From Bacteroidota bacterium (GTDB taxonomy: Bacteria; Bacteroidota; Ignavibacteria; Kryptoniales; JAKASW01), in assembly GCA_021811615.1 (NCBI GenBank), contig JAJZNW010000032.1, positions 14,291-78,290 on the forward strand: 64,000 nucleotides of DNA. Reading direction: 5' to 3'. The translations under genes and the position numbers were made by a program. Shown here piece by piece: positions 29,719 through 38,295 of this stretch; position 1 is the stretch's first letter; every line of letters begins with the position of its first letter. The notes beneath the pieces were generated by a model. It saw only the letters and a program-made list of their open reading frames with translations, ran no database searches and was not told where the DNA came from.

Positions 29719-30834
29719 ATGCCTACCGGGAAGAAAGGGAAAAAGAGAAATCGCTGGATTGTAGTCATTGCGATAGTTTTGGTGCTGGGAGTTGGAGCAT
29801 TCATCGCTGGAAAATCGAAGGCCAATGGCAGCGCAGGCGGTCCAACCAACGTAAAGGCCACCAAGGGAACAATTGTTGAGAAAGCGCTCGCAGTGGGTAC
29901 GATCGAACCGGAGAATCAGGTATCGATCAAATCACGAGTAAGCGGAGTGGTTAAGAAGCTGTTCGTCGATGTCGGCTCGTATGTCCACGCGGGCGAACCA
30001 CTGCTTGAAGTCAAACCCGACCCGACCCCGGTCGAGCTTGCCGATGCGAAGAGGCAGCTCGAATTGGCACAAGTAGATTTCGACAATGTCAGGAAGGAGA
30101 AAGAGAGACAGGGACTTCTGCACCAACGCTCCCTGATCTCCGACCAGGATTTCGAGAACACACAGAAGGCTTACAGAGAATCGGAATTGCGCGTGAAGAT
30201 TGCAAGGGAGAAACTCGAGCTGATGCAGAGCGGTGCGGTTACGATAGACAACACAAAGATAGAATCGATAATTTACGCACCGATAGATGGTTATGTACTA
30301 ACAAGAGCAGTCGAGGTTGGAGATCCAGTCACGCCGCTTACTTCCTATCAGGAAGGGACCGTGTTAATGAAGATGGCAAACATGAGCACTCTCGTGTTCA
30401 AGGGCACCGTTGATGAGATAGATGTGGGCAAGCTTCGTGAGGGAATGCCGGCGGAATTGCGCATCGGAGCTCTCCCGGGGGATACCATCCACGGCAGGCT
30501 TTCCAAAATATGGCTGCAGGCCGAGAAGAAAGAAAACGCTTCGGTCTTCCCGATCGAGATCTCGATTTCTAACTTAAAAAAAGTAACTTTGCGGGCAGGG
30601 TACTCAGCGAATGCCGACATAATCATCAGAAAGAAGAGCGGCATACTTTACATCCCCGAAAGAGTCGTGACGTTCAGGAACGATTCCTCATTTGTCAGAA
30701 TCCCGCTTGCAGACAACAGATCGGAAGACCGGGCTATCAAGACAGGACTCTCAGATGCGATTAACATTGAAGTCGTATCGGGCCTTCAGGAAGGCGAGAA
30801 GGTTCTCGAAAAACCTGTCGCCAAAATCAATTAA
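29719..30834 (+). CDS. efflux transporter periplasmic adaptor subunit (HlyD/MacA family)
   Basis: N-terminal TM (WIVVIAIVLVLGVGAFIAG), a lipoyl-like segment (SRVSGVVKKLFVDVGSYVHAGEPLLEV), a coiled-coil hairpin and beta-barrel domains. Confidence 0.85.
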   Translation: MPTGKKGKKRNRWIVVIAIVLVLGVGAFIAGKSKANGSAGGPTNVKATKGTIVEKALAVGTIEPENQVSIKSRVSGVVKKLFVDVGSYVHAGEPLLEVKPDPTPVELADAKRQLELAQVDFDNVRKEKERQGLLHQRSLISDQDFENTQKAYRESELRVKIAREKLELMQSGAVTIDNTKIESIIYAPIDGYVLTRAVEVGDPVTPLTSYQEGTVLMKMANMSTLVFKGTVDEIDVGKLREGMPAELRIGALPGDTIHGRLSKIWLQAEKKENASVFPIEISISNLKKVTLRAGYSANADIIIRKKSGILYIPERVVTFRNDSSFVRIPLADNRSEDRAIKTGLSDAINIEVVSGLQEGEKVLEKPVAKIN

Positions 30835-30843
30835 GGTCCCGAT

Positions 30844-32079
30844 ATGAGAGCATTTATAAGCTTTTTCTCGGAATTCTTCGCCGATCTTCGAGCACAGAAA
30901 ATGCGTGCGTTCCTTACGATGTTCGGCATCGTCTGGGGAACGGTCACGATAATAGTATTGATATCATTCGGCCTCGGGTTCAAGAAACAGGCAATGATCA
31001 ACATGCACGGCATGGGAGAAAACATATCGGTCCTTTTCCCTAACCGGACTACAAAACCTTACCGTGGATTTGGGATAGGCAGAGGAATTCGCCTGACAGA
31101 AGAGGCCGCCACGGTAATCGCTGCTAAGGTAAGAAACCTGGAGACTGTGACGCCGGAATACATCAACATGGGAATCCCCGTCCGATACGGAAACAATATC
31201 ACCAATCCCGGGATCACCGGTGTTTATCCGGTTTATGAAGACCTTCGTCATGTAATACCTGCCGAAGGCGGGAGGTTCATCGATACTGTGGACGTGATCG
31301 GACGGAAAAGAGTAGTGCTACTCGGGGACCAGGTGAAATCGTTTCTCTTCGGAGATAAGGAGGCACTTGGCCGGACCGTCTTCGTGGGGGAGACTCCTTT
31401 CACAGTGATAGGAGTTATGCAGCCTAAAGGGCAGAATTCGTCATACTATACCCGAGATCAGGATCGGATATTCATTCCCGCGCCAACCTATGCGGCGATC
31501 TTCGGGTCGACATACATCACCGACCTGGTTTATAAGGCAAATGATCCTTCGATGACGGCAGAGGTGGAAGAGGGAGTTCGCGAGGCATTGGGAGAGAAAT
31601 ACATATTCGACCCCGAGGACAAAGATGCGGTGTTCATTTGGAATACCGCGGACTTCGACAGGATACTTCAATACATTACGATCGGGTTCACCGTTTTTCT
31701 CGGGATCATCGGGAGCTTCACGCTTGGAGTTGCAGGTCTCGGGGTTGCCAACATAATGTTCATAGTTGTCCGTGAAAGAACGAACGAGATCGGCGTCAAG
31801 AGAGCGGTCGGTGCGAGGAGGTCCACAATATTGCTGCAGTTCTTTGCGGAGACCTTCATGATTGTAGGACTCGGCGCAGTGATTGGTTTCATCATCGGCT
31901 GGGCGATAGTGTCGGCGATGCAGCTGATACCCGTCAAAGAATACGTGGGCACGCCTGAGATTTCTCTCCCGGTGGTGATTTCGACGATGTCGATACTCGC
32001 CGCCATCGGGTTGTCCGCGGGGATGCTGCCTGCCCGGCGAGCGGCGAGCCTGGATGTCGTGGAATGTCTCAGGGATTAA
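30844..32079 (+). CDS. ABC transporter permease, MacB/FtsX-like (no ATPase domain)
   Basis: 411 aa. MRAFLTMFGIVWGTVTIIVLISFG forms TM1, followed by a large periplasmic domain and a C-terminal FtsX-type 3-TM bundle (ERTNEIGVKRAVGARRSTILLQF). Confidence 0.85.
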   Translation: MRAFISFFSEFFADLRAQKMRAFLTMFGIVWGTVTIIVLISFGLGFKKQAMINMHGMGENISVLFPNRTTKPYRGFGIGRGIRLTEEAATVIAAKVRNLETVTPEYINMGIPVRYGNNITNPGITGVYPVYEDLRHVIPAEGGRFIDTVDVIGRKRVVLLGDQVKSFLFGDKEALGRTVFVGETPFTVIGVMQPKGQNSSYYTRDQDRIFIPAPTYAAIFGSTYITDLVYKANDPSMTAEVEEGVREALGEKYIFDPEDKDAVFIWNTADFDRILQYITIGFTVFLGIIGSFTLGVAGLGVANIMFIVVRERTNEIGVKRAVGARRSTILLQFFAETFMIVGLGAVIGFIIGWAIVSAMQLIPVKEYVGTPEISLPVVISTMSILAAIGLSAGMLPARRAASLDVVECLRD

Positions 32080-32193
32080 ATACTCAGCAGAGGATCGCGT
32101 CGTGAATTCGACAGGATTTTTACACACGCAGGATTCATCAGTTCAATTAGTTAATTGTGCTAAACTACCCCGGTTCTCAGGAGGCTTGTCATA

Positions 32194-33435
32194 ATGGGAG
32201 GCGAACTACTCAGAGAGTTTTTCCGCGATTTGAAAACTCACAGGATGCGCAGCGCTTTGACCTTAATTGCTATCACCTGGGGAACGATGTCGGTCGTTCT
32301 GCTTCTCGCTTTCGGTGAAGGCTTCGGGACTGCGATGCGGAACGGTCTGGTGAACGCATGGAACAGGGTCCTCATCATCTACGGAGGCGAAACCGGAAAG
32401 GTGTACCAGGGCCTTCCCAAAGGGCGTCAGATCAACCTCGAAGAAAGCGACGTTGCCCTTTTAAGAGCCGCGGTTCCAGACATAATCATGGCCAGTCCGC
32501 AGTACAGGAAGAATGCCGAGCTTTTTTACGGCAAGACGAGATTGACCACCGAATGCGAGGGAGCGGGTCAGGATTTCGAGGAGATGCGCGCAATGTATCC
32601 CGAAGCCGGCGGGCGGTTCATCGATGCCAACGACGTCAAATACCAGAAGCGAAGTCTCTTCCTCGGTTACGAAATAGCCGGCGACCTTTTCAAGGGAGAG
32701 AATCCCGTTGGAAAGACAGTGATGCTCGACAATGTGCCCTTCACGGTAATTGGGATAATGGAGAAGAAGCTTCAGACGTCGATGAATAACGGTCCCGATT
32801 CGAGGCGCGCCGTCATACCATACTCAACGTTCAAAACGGTATACGGCTATAAGTACATCAACACGATACTCGCGAAGGGACCCAGCCCGGTTTCCCAGGC
32901 TCAGATGATAGACCAAATACGACATGTCCTCGCAAAGAAATACAGGACAGATCCTGCCGATGACCGCGCAATAGGCATCTTCGATACGATGATGATAGAT
33001 GAGATGATCAAAAAGATAAGTCTGGGCATAAGCATTTTCCTCGGCATAGTGGGCTTCTTCACTCTCATGATAGCGGGAGTCGGCGTGGCAAACGTTATGT
33101 ATGTAGTGGTGAAAGAACGCACGAGGGAAATCGGCATCAAGATGGCTGTTGGTGCGAGACGGTCGTATATACTGTCACAATTTGTTTTCGAAGCGCTTTT
33201 CCTGTCGCTGCTGGGCGGTCTGATGGGCCTGCTGCTCTCATGGGGGATCGTCGCCGCGACCGGCCTTCTCGATACAAGCAGCGGAGCCATGCAGTTCCTC
33301 GGCAGGCCCATCCTCTCGATAGGAATAATGATTTTCACTGTGACAGTCTTGACACTGATAGGTGTATTTGCCGGGGTCTTCCCCGCCCGACGGGCCGCGG
33401 CGGTAGATCCGGTAGATTCGCTCAGGTATGAATAG
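32194..33435 (+). CDS. ABC transporter permease, MacB/FtsX-like (paralog of the previous gene)
   Basis: 413 aa with the same architecture (MRSALTLIAITWGTMSVVLLLAFG ... ERTREIGIKMAVGARRSYILSQF). GGAGG lies 9 nt upstream of the ATG. Confidence 0.85.
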   Translation: MGGELLREFFRDLKTHRMRSALTLIAITWGTMSVVLLLAFGEGFGTAMRNGLVNAWNRVLIIYGGETGKVYQGLPKGRQINLEESDVALLRAAVPDIIMASPQYRKNAELFYGKTRLTTECEGAGQDFEEMRAMYPEAGGRFIDANDVKYQKRSLFLGYEIAGDLFKGENPVGKTVMLDNVPFTVIGIMEKKLQTSMNNGPDSRRAVIPYSTFKTVYGYKYINTILAKGPSPVSQAQMIDQIRHVLAKKYRTDPADDRAIGIFDTMMIDEMIKKISLGISIFLGIVGFFTLMIAGVGVANVMYVVVKERTREIGIKMAVGARRSYILSQFVFEALFLSLLGGLMGLLLSWGIVAATGLLDTSSGAMQFLGRPILSIGIMIFTVTVLTLIGVFAGVFPARRAAAVDPVDSLRYE

Positions 33436-33610
33436 GGATCAGCTGCAATTCAGCTCCCTTTTCAAAGCACCCGAGCGGCGACTCACCCTCTCCCGCCGTC
33501 CAAGTCGGACCGGATTACGAAATTTCAAAATCGGGTGAACAAATAGCTCCGCTTCTTCGTTTATACTCTTAGTGTGTTTGGAAAGAACGATTAAGAATCG
33601 GAAGGCTAAC

Positions 33611-34198
33611 ATGAAGACGGACTATATTGACAAATCGGCGGGAGTAAGCGGCGGGCAGGCATTCGACATAAGGGACTGGGTCGAGAAAGGCCTGAGCTGG
33701 GGCAAATACCTTTCTGAATGCAAAGAGAACGTAAACAGGATGAGCAATATATTTCGACAGCTTTCCGTCCCGAAGGAAACGATAGACTTCTTAAGAGCGA
33801 AGGATGTTCTCACAATTGTATGCATTGCCGAAGACTGGTGCCCCGACTGCGCCCAAAACGTCCCGCTTATCGCAAAGCTCGCGGAGGCATTGCCGTCGAC
33901 CGACTTGAGACTTTTCTTCCGCGACAGGAACGAGAAGCTAATGGACCACTATCTCACTAACGGAAAGAGGGTTGTACCCACTGCCGTCTTCTTCGACAGT
34001 AAACTAAACGAAATGGGCAAGTGGGCTGGACCGAGCCGAAAAGCAAAGGTATGGACGTTAGAGACATTGGTAAAGGGCCGGAAGATTGCAGATATTCCGC
34101 AGGAAGAGCGAGAGCGTTTCGGCGAGCTTTACGATGAAAAATTCCTAAGCGAGTTCCTGAACGATTCCCTGTCCGAAATCAAAGCATTACTCAGTTAG
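33611..34198 (+). CDS. thioredoxin-fold protein (CPDC motif)
   Basis: IVCIAEDWCPDCAQNVPLIAKL is a thioredoxin-like CxxC site. Trimmed to ATG 33611 (MKTDYIDK). The start is uncertain. Confidence 0.65.
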   Translation: MKTDYIDKSAGVSGGQAFDIRDWVEKGLSWGKYLSECKENVNRMSNIFRQLSVPKETIDFLRAKDVLTIVCIAEDWCPDCAQNVPLIAKLAEALPSTDLRLFFRDRNEKLMDHYLTNGKRVVPTAVFFDSKLNEMGKWAGPSRKAKVWTLETLVKGRKIADIPQEERERFGELYDEKFLSEFLNDSLSEIKALLS

Positions 34199-34292
34199 GG
34201 CATGCTCGATTCACGCTGCCAGTTACATCACCATCAAGCGGCTCGACTTTTAAGGGCGGAATGGATGAGCTACAAAGAAAGAGGTCACACAA

Positions 34293-35303
34293 TTGCGCAC
34301 AATAACGGTATCATTCAAACCCGACATCGAACAACGAGAGACTATTTCACGAATCTTCCGGGAGGACGACCTGACATTCCTCGCCGACTTTACCGATAAG
34401 GAGCAGAGGCGCAATCGGCTGGAGAGAACGGAACTCCTGATCGCGTGGAATCCCAATAATGAATTGGATGATACCGATAGAAAACATCTTGATAACATAA
34501 AGTTCATCCAGCTAATCTCCGCAGGCTATGATCATTTGAAGTTCGAAATGTTTCGTCCTGCATGCCAGATAGCGGCAAACCAGGGTGCATACGCACTTCC
34601 GATGGCTGAGCACGTTCTCGCAATGCTCCTTGATAGGGGAAAGAAGTTGAGGTATTATCACGACCTGCTGGCCGCCGGGAAGTTCGAGCAATGGAGGAGC
34701 ATCACGAAACAAATTACAGGCTCGACGCTCGGGATAGTTGGATTCGGATCTATCGGGAAGGAGACAGCCCGGCTGATGCGTCCTTTTGAAGTGAAGATAC
34801 TCGCGCTGAATACTACCGGGAAGACAGAACAGCGGGTCGACTTCTGCGGAACGTTGAAGGATCTCGACTACGTTTTGAGTAATTCAGATTTCATCTTGCT
34901 ATCGCTCCCTCTCGACCGGACAACTGAAGGGCTCATCGGGAGACGAGAACTCGATATTATGAAACCCGATGCGATCCTGGTGAATGTGGCACGCGGAGCG
35001 ATAGTGCAACAGAAGGCGCTGTACGAGCATCTTGAATCACATCCGGAGTTTTCGGCATGCATAGATGCCTGGTGGGTCGAGCCGTTCAGGCAGGGGGAGT
35101 TCCGCGTCGACTACCCTTTCTTCGAACTGCCGAACCTCCTCGGCTCGCCGCATAACTCCGCGCTCGTAGACGGCATAATGCTCCAGAGCGTAGCGCGTGC
35201 GGCTGAGAATGCCTCTAGGTTCCTCAGGAATGAAAATGTCAACGGACTTGTACCGCGGCCGGATAGTACAGCCCGACGGAATGATCCGCCTTCTGTGCCA
35301 TGA
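34293..35303 (+). CDS. D-isomer-specific 2-hydroxyacid dehydrogenase family protein
   Basis: NAD-binding motif LGIVGFGSIGKETARL, and a catalytic region LVNVARGAIV...SPHNSA. The start at 34293 is TTG (checked), with AGAGG upstream. There is no in-frame ATG for 84 codons. Confidence 0.8.
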   Translation: MRTITVSFKPDIEQRETISRIFREDDLTFLADFTDKEQRRNRLERTELLIAWNPNNELDDTDRKHLDNIKFIQLISAGYDHLKFEMFRPACQIAANQGAYALPMAEHVLAMLLDRGKKLRYYHDLLAAGKFEQWRSITKQITGSTLGIVGFGSIGKETARLMRPFEVKILALNTTGKTEQRVDFCGTLKDLDYVLSNSDFILLSLPLDRTTEGLIGRRELDIMKPDAILVNVARGAIVQQKALYEHLESHPEFSACIDAWWVEPFRQGEFRVDYPFFELPNLLGSPHNSALVDGIMLQSVARAAENASRFLRNENVNGLVPRPDSTARRNDPPSVP

Positions 35304-35320
35304 CCGCTCCCTGAGTCAGC

Positions 35321-35533
35321 TCACTTCAGCTTGAAGAACGCCACGAAGTAGAGAAGGACGATTGCTACTCCGATGCCGTACATTACGACTGAGACCCTCT
35401 CTCTGACAGTAGCTGTCCTCCAGTCCTTGACGGGCGGAAGGATAAAAGGGGCCGCAACGACTATCACAAGGAGGATCGCGATCAGTGGCGGCACTCCAAG
35501 ATCGGAATACCATTTCGCTAGCCGGTCAATCAT
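35321..35533 (-). CDS. small two-TM membrane protein (hypothetical)
   Basis: 70 aa with two hydrophobic helices (PPLIAILLVIVVAAPFILPP and VVMYGIGVAIVLLYFVAFF). ATG start. No recognisable family. Confidence 0.45.
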   Translation of the reverse strand: MIDRLAKWYSDLGVPPLIAILLVIVVAAPFILPPVKDWRTATVRERVSVVMYGIGVAIVLLYFVAFFKLK

Positions 35534-35879
35534 TATTTAATGCACACCTCCGGGAGCGGCATTGTGCAGGTGCCTGCAATAGGTTGTCTTGTCACAGCAC
35601 CTATTCCCGCTCATAAGTCTCGACGTGATAATCTGACTCTCTCATTGTTCAGACAAATTCATAAAAACTCATCCCAATCTCAAGTATTTCGAACGCCGAT
35701 TATTATTCAGATACGGCTTACAGTCATGGAGAGGACTGAAGGCCCCGGGATCGATGCAAACCGACATTCGTCGAGTTGAAAGCGACAGGATCCAACCGAA
35801 TCGTCAATGGTCGATGTGAAGATCTGATGGAAATGTCAGGGACTCCGCTTCGGGATTTCATTGCGTTCGGCTCGTTCAA

Positions 35880-35908
35880 TTGTTATTAATCCTCACTTCC
35901 GCTAAATT
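35880..35908 (+). promoter_or_regulatory. promoter-like element for serA (TTGTTA-N17-TAAATT, extended TAAATTTG)
   Basis: TTGTTA at 35880..35885 and TAAATT at 35903..35908. This predicts a leader of about 95 nt. The TTG of the -35 hexamer is what the ORF track used as a start for 35880..37205. Confidence 0.4.
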
Positions 35909-35930
35909 TGGCTGCATTTTTGTATCGTCA

Positions 35931-35942
35931 GTCAGTACTGAC
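35931..35942. promoter_or_regulatory. perfect 12-bp palindrome GTCAGTACTGAC in the predicted serA leader
   Basis: Read directly from the sequence. It lies about 20 nt downstream of the predicted -10 and 67 nt upstream of ATG 36009. Confidence 0.25.
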
Positions 35943-36008
35943 ACAGTGGTGGATCCCAAAAGGAACGCCGGTAGTTCTTTAATCGTCAAACATCGAAAGG
36001 AACCCGAT

Positions 36009-37205
36009 ATGAAAGTCCTCATTGCAGATAAGCTGTCGGATAAAACTGTTTCCGCCCTCAAGGCAATCGGAATGGATGTAGCTGTGAATCCAGATCTCTC
36101 GGCCGACGATTTGCCGGGTGCAGTGGGAGATGCAGACATACTTGTAGTTCGTTCAACGAAAGTCACCTCCAGGACTGTCGAGTCGGCAAAGAACCTTTCC
36201 CTTATAATACGGGCGGGTGCCGGCGTGAACACGATCGATCTCGCATCGGCCAACATGAGGGGTATATACGTATCCAACTGCCCCGGCAAGAACACGGAAG
36301 CGGTAGCCGAGCTCGCGATCGGGCTGTTGATCGCGGCCGACCGGCAGATCGTAAATGCTACGACCGAATTGAGAAACGGCATGTGGAAGAAAAAGGCATA
36401 CGGCAAGTCACGCGGCCTGAAGGGGCGAACGCTTGGGATTATCGGGTTCGGCGCCATAGGCAAGGCGGTCGCCTCGCGCGCCCTCGCCATGGAAATGAAA
36501 GTCATCGGATGGTCGAAGAGTCTGAGCCCGGAAATTGCAGAAGCGTATGGTATCGGGTTTACGGCCGACCTGCTGTCGCTCGCAACGCAATCGGATCTGG
36601 TCAGCGTGCACGTCGCTTACAAACCGGAGACAAATCATCTCATCGACAGAAGCTTCTTCGACGCAATGAAGAGCGGTGCAGTCTTCGTGAACACATCGCG
36701 CGGCGAGGTGGTGGACACCCCTGCCCTGGTCGAAGCGATAAGGTCAAAGAGTCTTCGTGTCGGCCTCGATGTGTTCGAAGGTGAACCGGCAGGCGGAGAA
36801 GCCGTCTTTGCGGGCAGAGAGCTGGCGAACCTCGTGACTGCGACTCCGCACATCGGTGCGTCGACAGACCAGGCATCGGAAGCGATAGCCGATGAAGTAG
36901 TGAACATCGTAAGGTCCTATCTGTCTACTGGCGTGCCTTTGAACACCGTGAACATCCGCGCGCGCTCATCCGCCACGCAGTCAATGGTCGTGCGACACTT
37001 CAACAGGGTCGGTGTATTAGCCGGCATCCTTGGAAAGCTCAAGAGCAACGGGATAAATGTCGAGGAAATGTCGAACATCATCTTCGAAGCCTCGAAGGCA
37101 GCATGCTGCACCCTTCTTCTCGATTCAGCGCCATCGGCCGATGTCCTGAGAGAAATTTCAAAGGATGAGAACATAATCGAACTGGCGCTCAAGCCGATAG
37201 CGTGA
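36009..37205 (+). CDS. serA: D-3-phosphoglycerate dehydrogenase-like enzyme with C-terminal ACT domain
   Basis: MKVLIADKLSDK..., NAD motif LGIIGFGAIGKAVA, catalytic TPHIGAST, and a C-terminal ACT-like segment MVVRHFNRVGVLAGILGKLKSNGINVEEM. Trimmed from the track TTG 35880 to ATG 36009. Confidence 0.8.
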   Translation: MKVLIADKLSDKTVSALKAIGMDVAVNPDLSADDLPGAVGDADILVVRSTKVTSRTVESAKNLSLIIRAGAGVNTIDLASANMRGIYVSNCPGKNTEAVAELAIGLLIAADRQIVNATTELRNGMWKKKAYGKSRGLKGRTLGIIGFGAIGKAVASRALAMEMKVIGWSKSLSPEIAEAYGIGFTADLLSLATQSDLVSVHVAYKPETNHLIDRSFFDAMKSGAVFVNTSRGEVVDTPALVEAIRSKSLRVGLDVFEGEPAGGEAVFAGRELANLVTATPHIGASTDQASEAIADEVVNIVRSYLSTGVPLNTVNIRARSSATQSMVVRHFNRVGVLAGILGKLKSNGINVEEMSNIIFEASKAACCTLLLDSAPSADVLREISKDENIIELALKPIA

Positions 37206-37262
37206 GCGATGCCGCTCACCGGGAAATCAAGCTTGCCGCGGGCCGGTAGTTTCTCAGCTTTG

Positions 37263-37385
37263 TTTCCCGCAGACTGCGTCCGCCGAAGGCAACCTCATCT
37301 GCCGCAGGCACAGATCACACTGATCACCACCGATCATTTTTCTGGATCATTCCGCCGGCGGATGTAGTCGGCGAAATCTGCGGGA
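37263..37385. repeat. 10-bp perfect inverted repeat (TTCCCGCAGA / TCTGCGGGAA) enclosing a GATCA cluster and a 10-bp palindrome
   Basis: The arms are at 37263..37272 and 37376..37385. Inside them, GATCA occurs at 37312, 37321, 37331 and 37344. The palindrome CCGCCGGCGG is at 37351..37360, and TCCGCCG/CGGCGGA provides a second stem. Confidence 0.5.
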
Positions 37386-37713
37386 AGCTACTTGTTGCCG
37401 ATTTCAAAGCCGATATCATCGGTCAAAACTGACCACTACCCACCAGCCGGATCTCATCCTCGAGATCAGTCTGACAGGCCGTTTCGAATCCGACACCCAG
37501 TCCAGGTCCGCCCCATACCTTGTTTAAGTAAGTGAAAATGCAGAGACGACGGGAACGAGCGACACGGCCCGCGGCCTGTGGAAACTGAGTACATGCGTAG
37601 CGAAACTTCGGGAGATAATATCTTCAGACGCTCTGAACCAGAATGAAGGGAAGATTGTTGACACTCAGAAGACCACAATCCACGCCGGAATAAACAATAA
37701 GGAGGTACAGGCA

Positions 37714-38217
37714 ATGCCGGACAAAAAAGCTCTTACGTCACATTACTTGAAGGAGCTGGAAATGGAGGCGACCGCAAGCCGGAGATGCCTCGAACGGATA
37801 CCCGAGAGACTTTTCGATTGGGCTCCCCACGAGAAATCCATGAAGCTCGGTTACCTCGCTCTGCTTGTGGCCGAGATACCGAAATGGATCAGGGATATAG
37901 TTGAAACGGGCGACATCGATTTTGCGACTTATCCTCACTACCAGCCGGAGACGACAGGCGAGCTCGTCCAACACTTCGACGACAATATGGCAGGCGCGCG
38001 GCGCGCATTGAGCGGGATGGAGGATACATCCCTTTCTGATAAGTTCGAACTCAAAGCTAACGGGAACGTTCTAATGTCGACCTCGAAGGACGACATCATC
38101 GGTTCGTCGATAAACCATCTTGTGCATCACCGGGGACAGCTCACCGTTTACATGAGACTTAATGACATCAGCGTACCTCAGATCTATGGTCCCTCTGCCG
38201 ATGAAGGCTGGGGCTGA
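37714..38217 (+). CDS. DinB-family (DinB_2-like) four-helix-bundle protein
   Basis: 167 aa. The C-terminal INHLVHHRGQLTVYMRL is the typical DinB histidine motif. AAGGAGG lies upstream of the ATG. Confidence 0.8.
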   Translation: MPDKKALTSHYLKELEMEATASRRCLERIPERLFDWAPHEKSMKLGYLALLVAEIPKWIRDIVETGDIDFATYPHYQPETTGELVQHFDDNMAGARRALSGMEDTSLSDKFELKANGNVLMSTSKDDIIGSSINHLVHHRGQLTVYMRLNDISVPQIYGPSADEGWG

Positions 38218-38257
38218 TGCACCGGAACCGATGACCGGGCCTCCTGCATTGAGCTTT

Positions 38258-38286
38258 TTGACTTTCATTGTATCCATTCAAATATT
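38258..38286 (+). promoter_or_regulatory. promoter-like element in front of the DUF72 pseudogene (TTGACT-N17-AATATT)
   Basis: TTGACT at 38258..38263 and AATATT at 38281..38286, 9 nt before ATG 38296. Confidence 0.3.
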
Positions 38287-38295
38287 GTCGATGCA

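Noticed and set aside
34293-37205. The two D-2-hydroxyacid dehydrogenase family genes (34293..35303 and serA 36009..37205) as a recent duplication or a functional pair.
   Set aside because: They share only family-level motifs and differ in length and domain content (only serA has an ACT domain). An oppositely oriented small membrane-protein gene and a 475-nt gap separate them, so there is no evidence of coupling.
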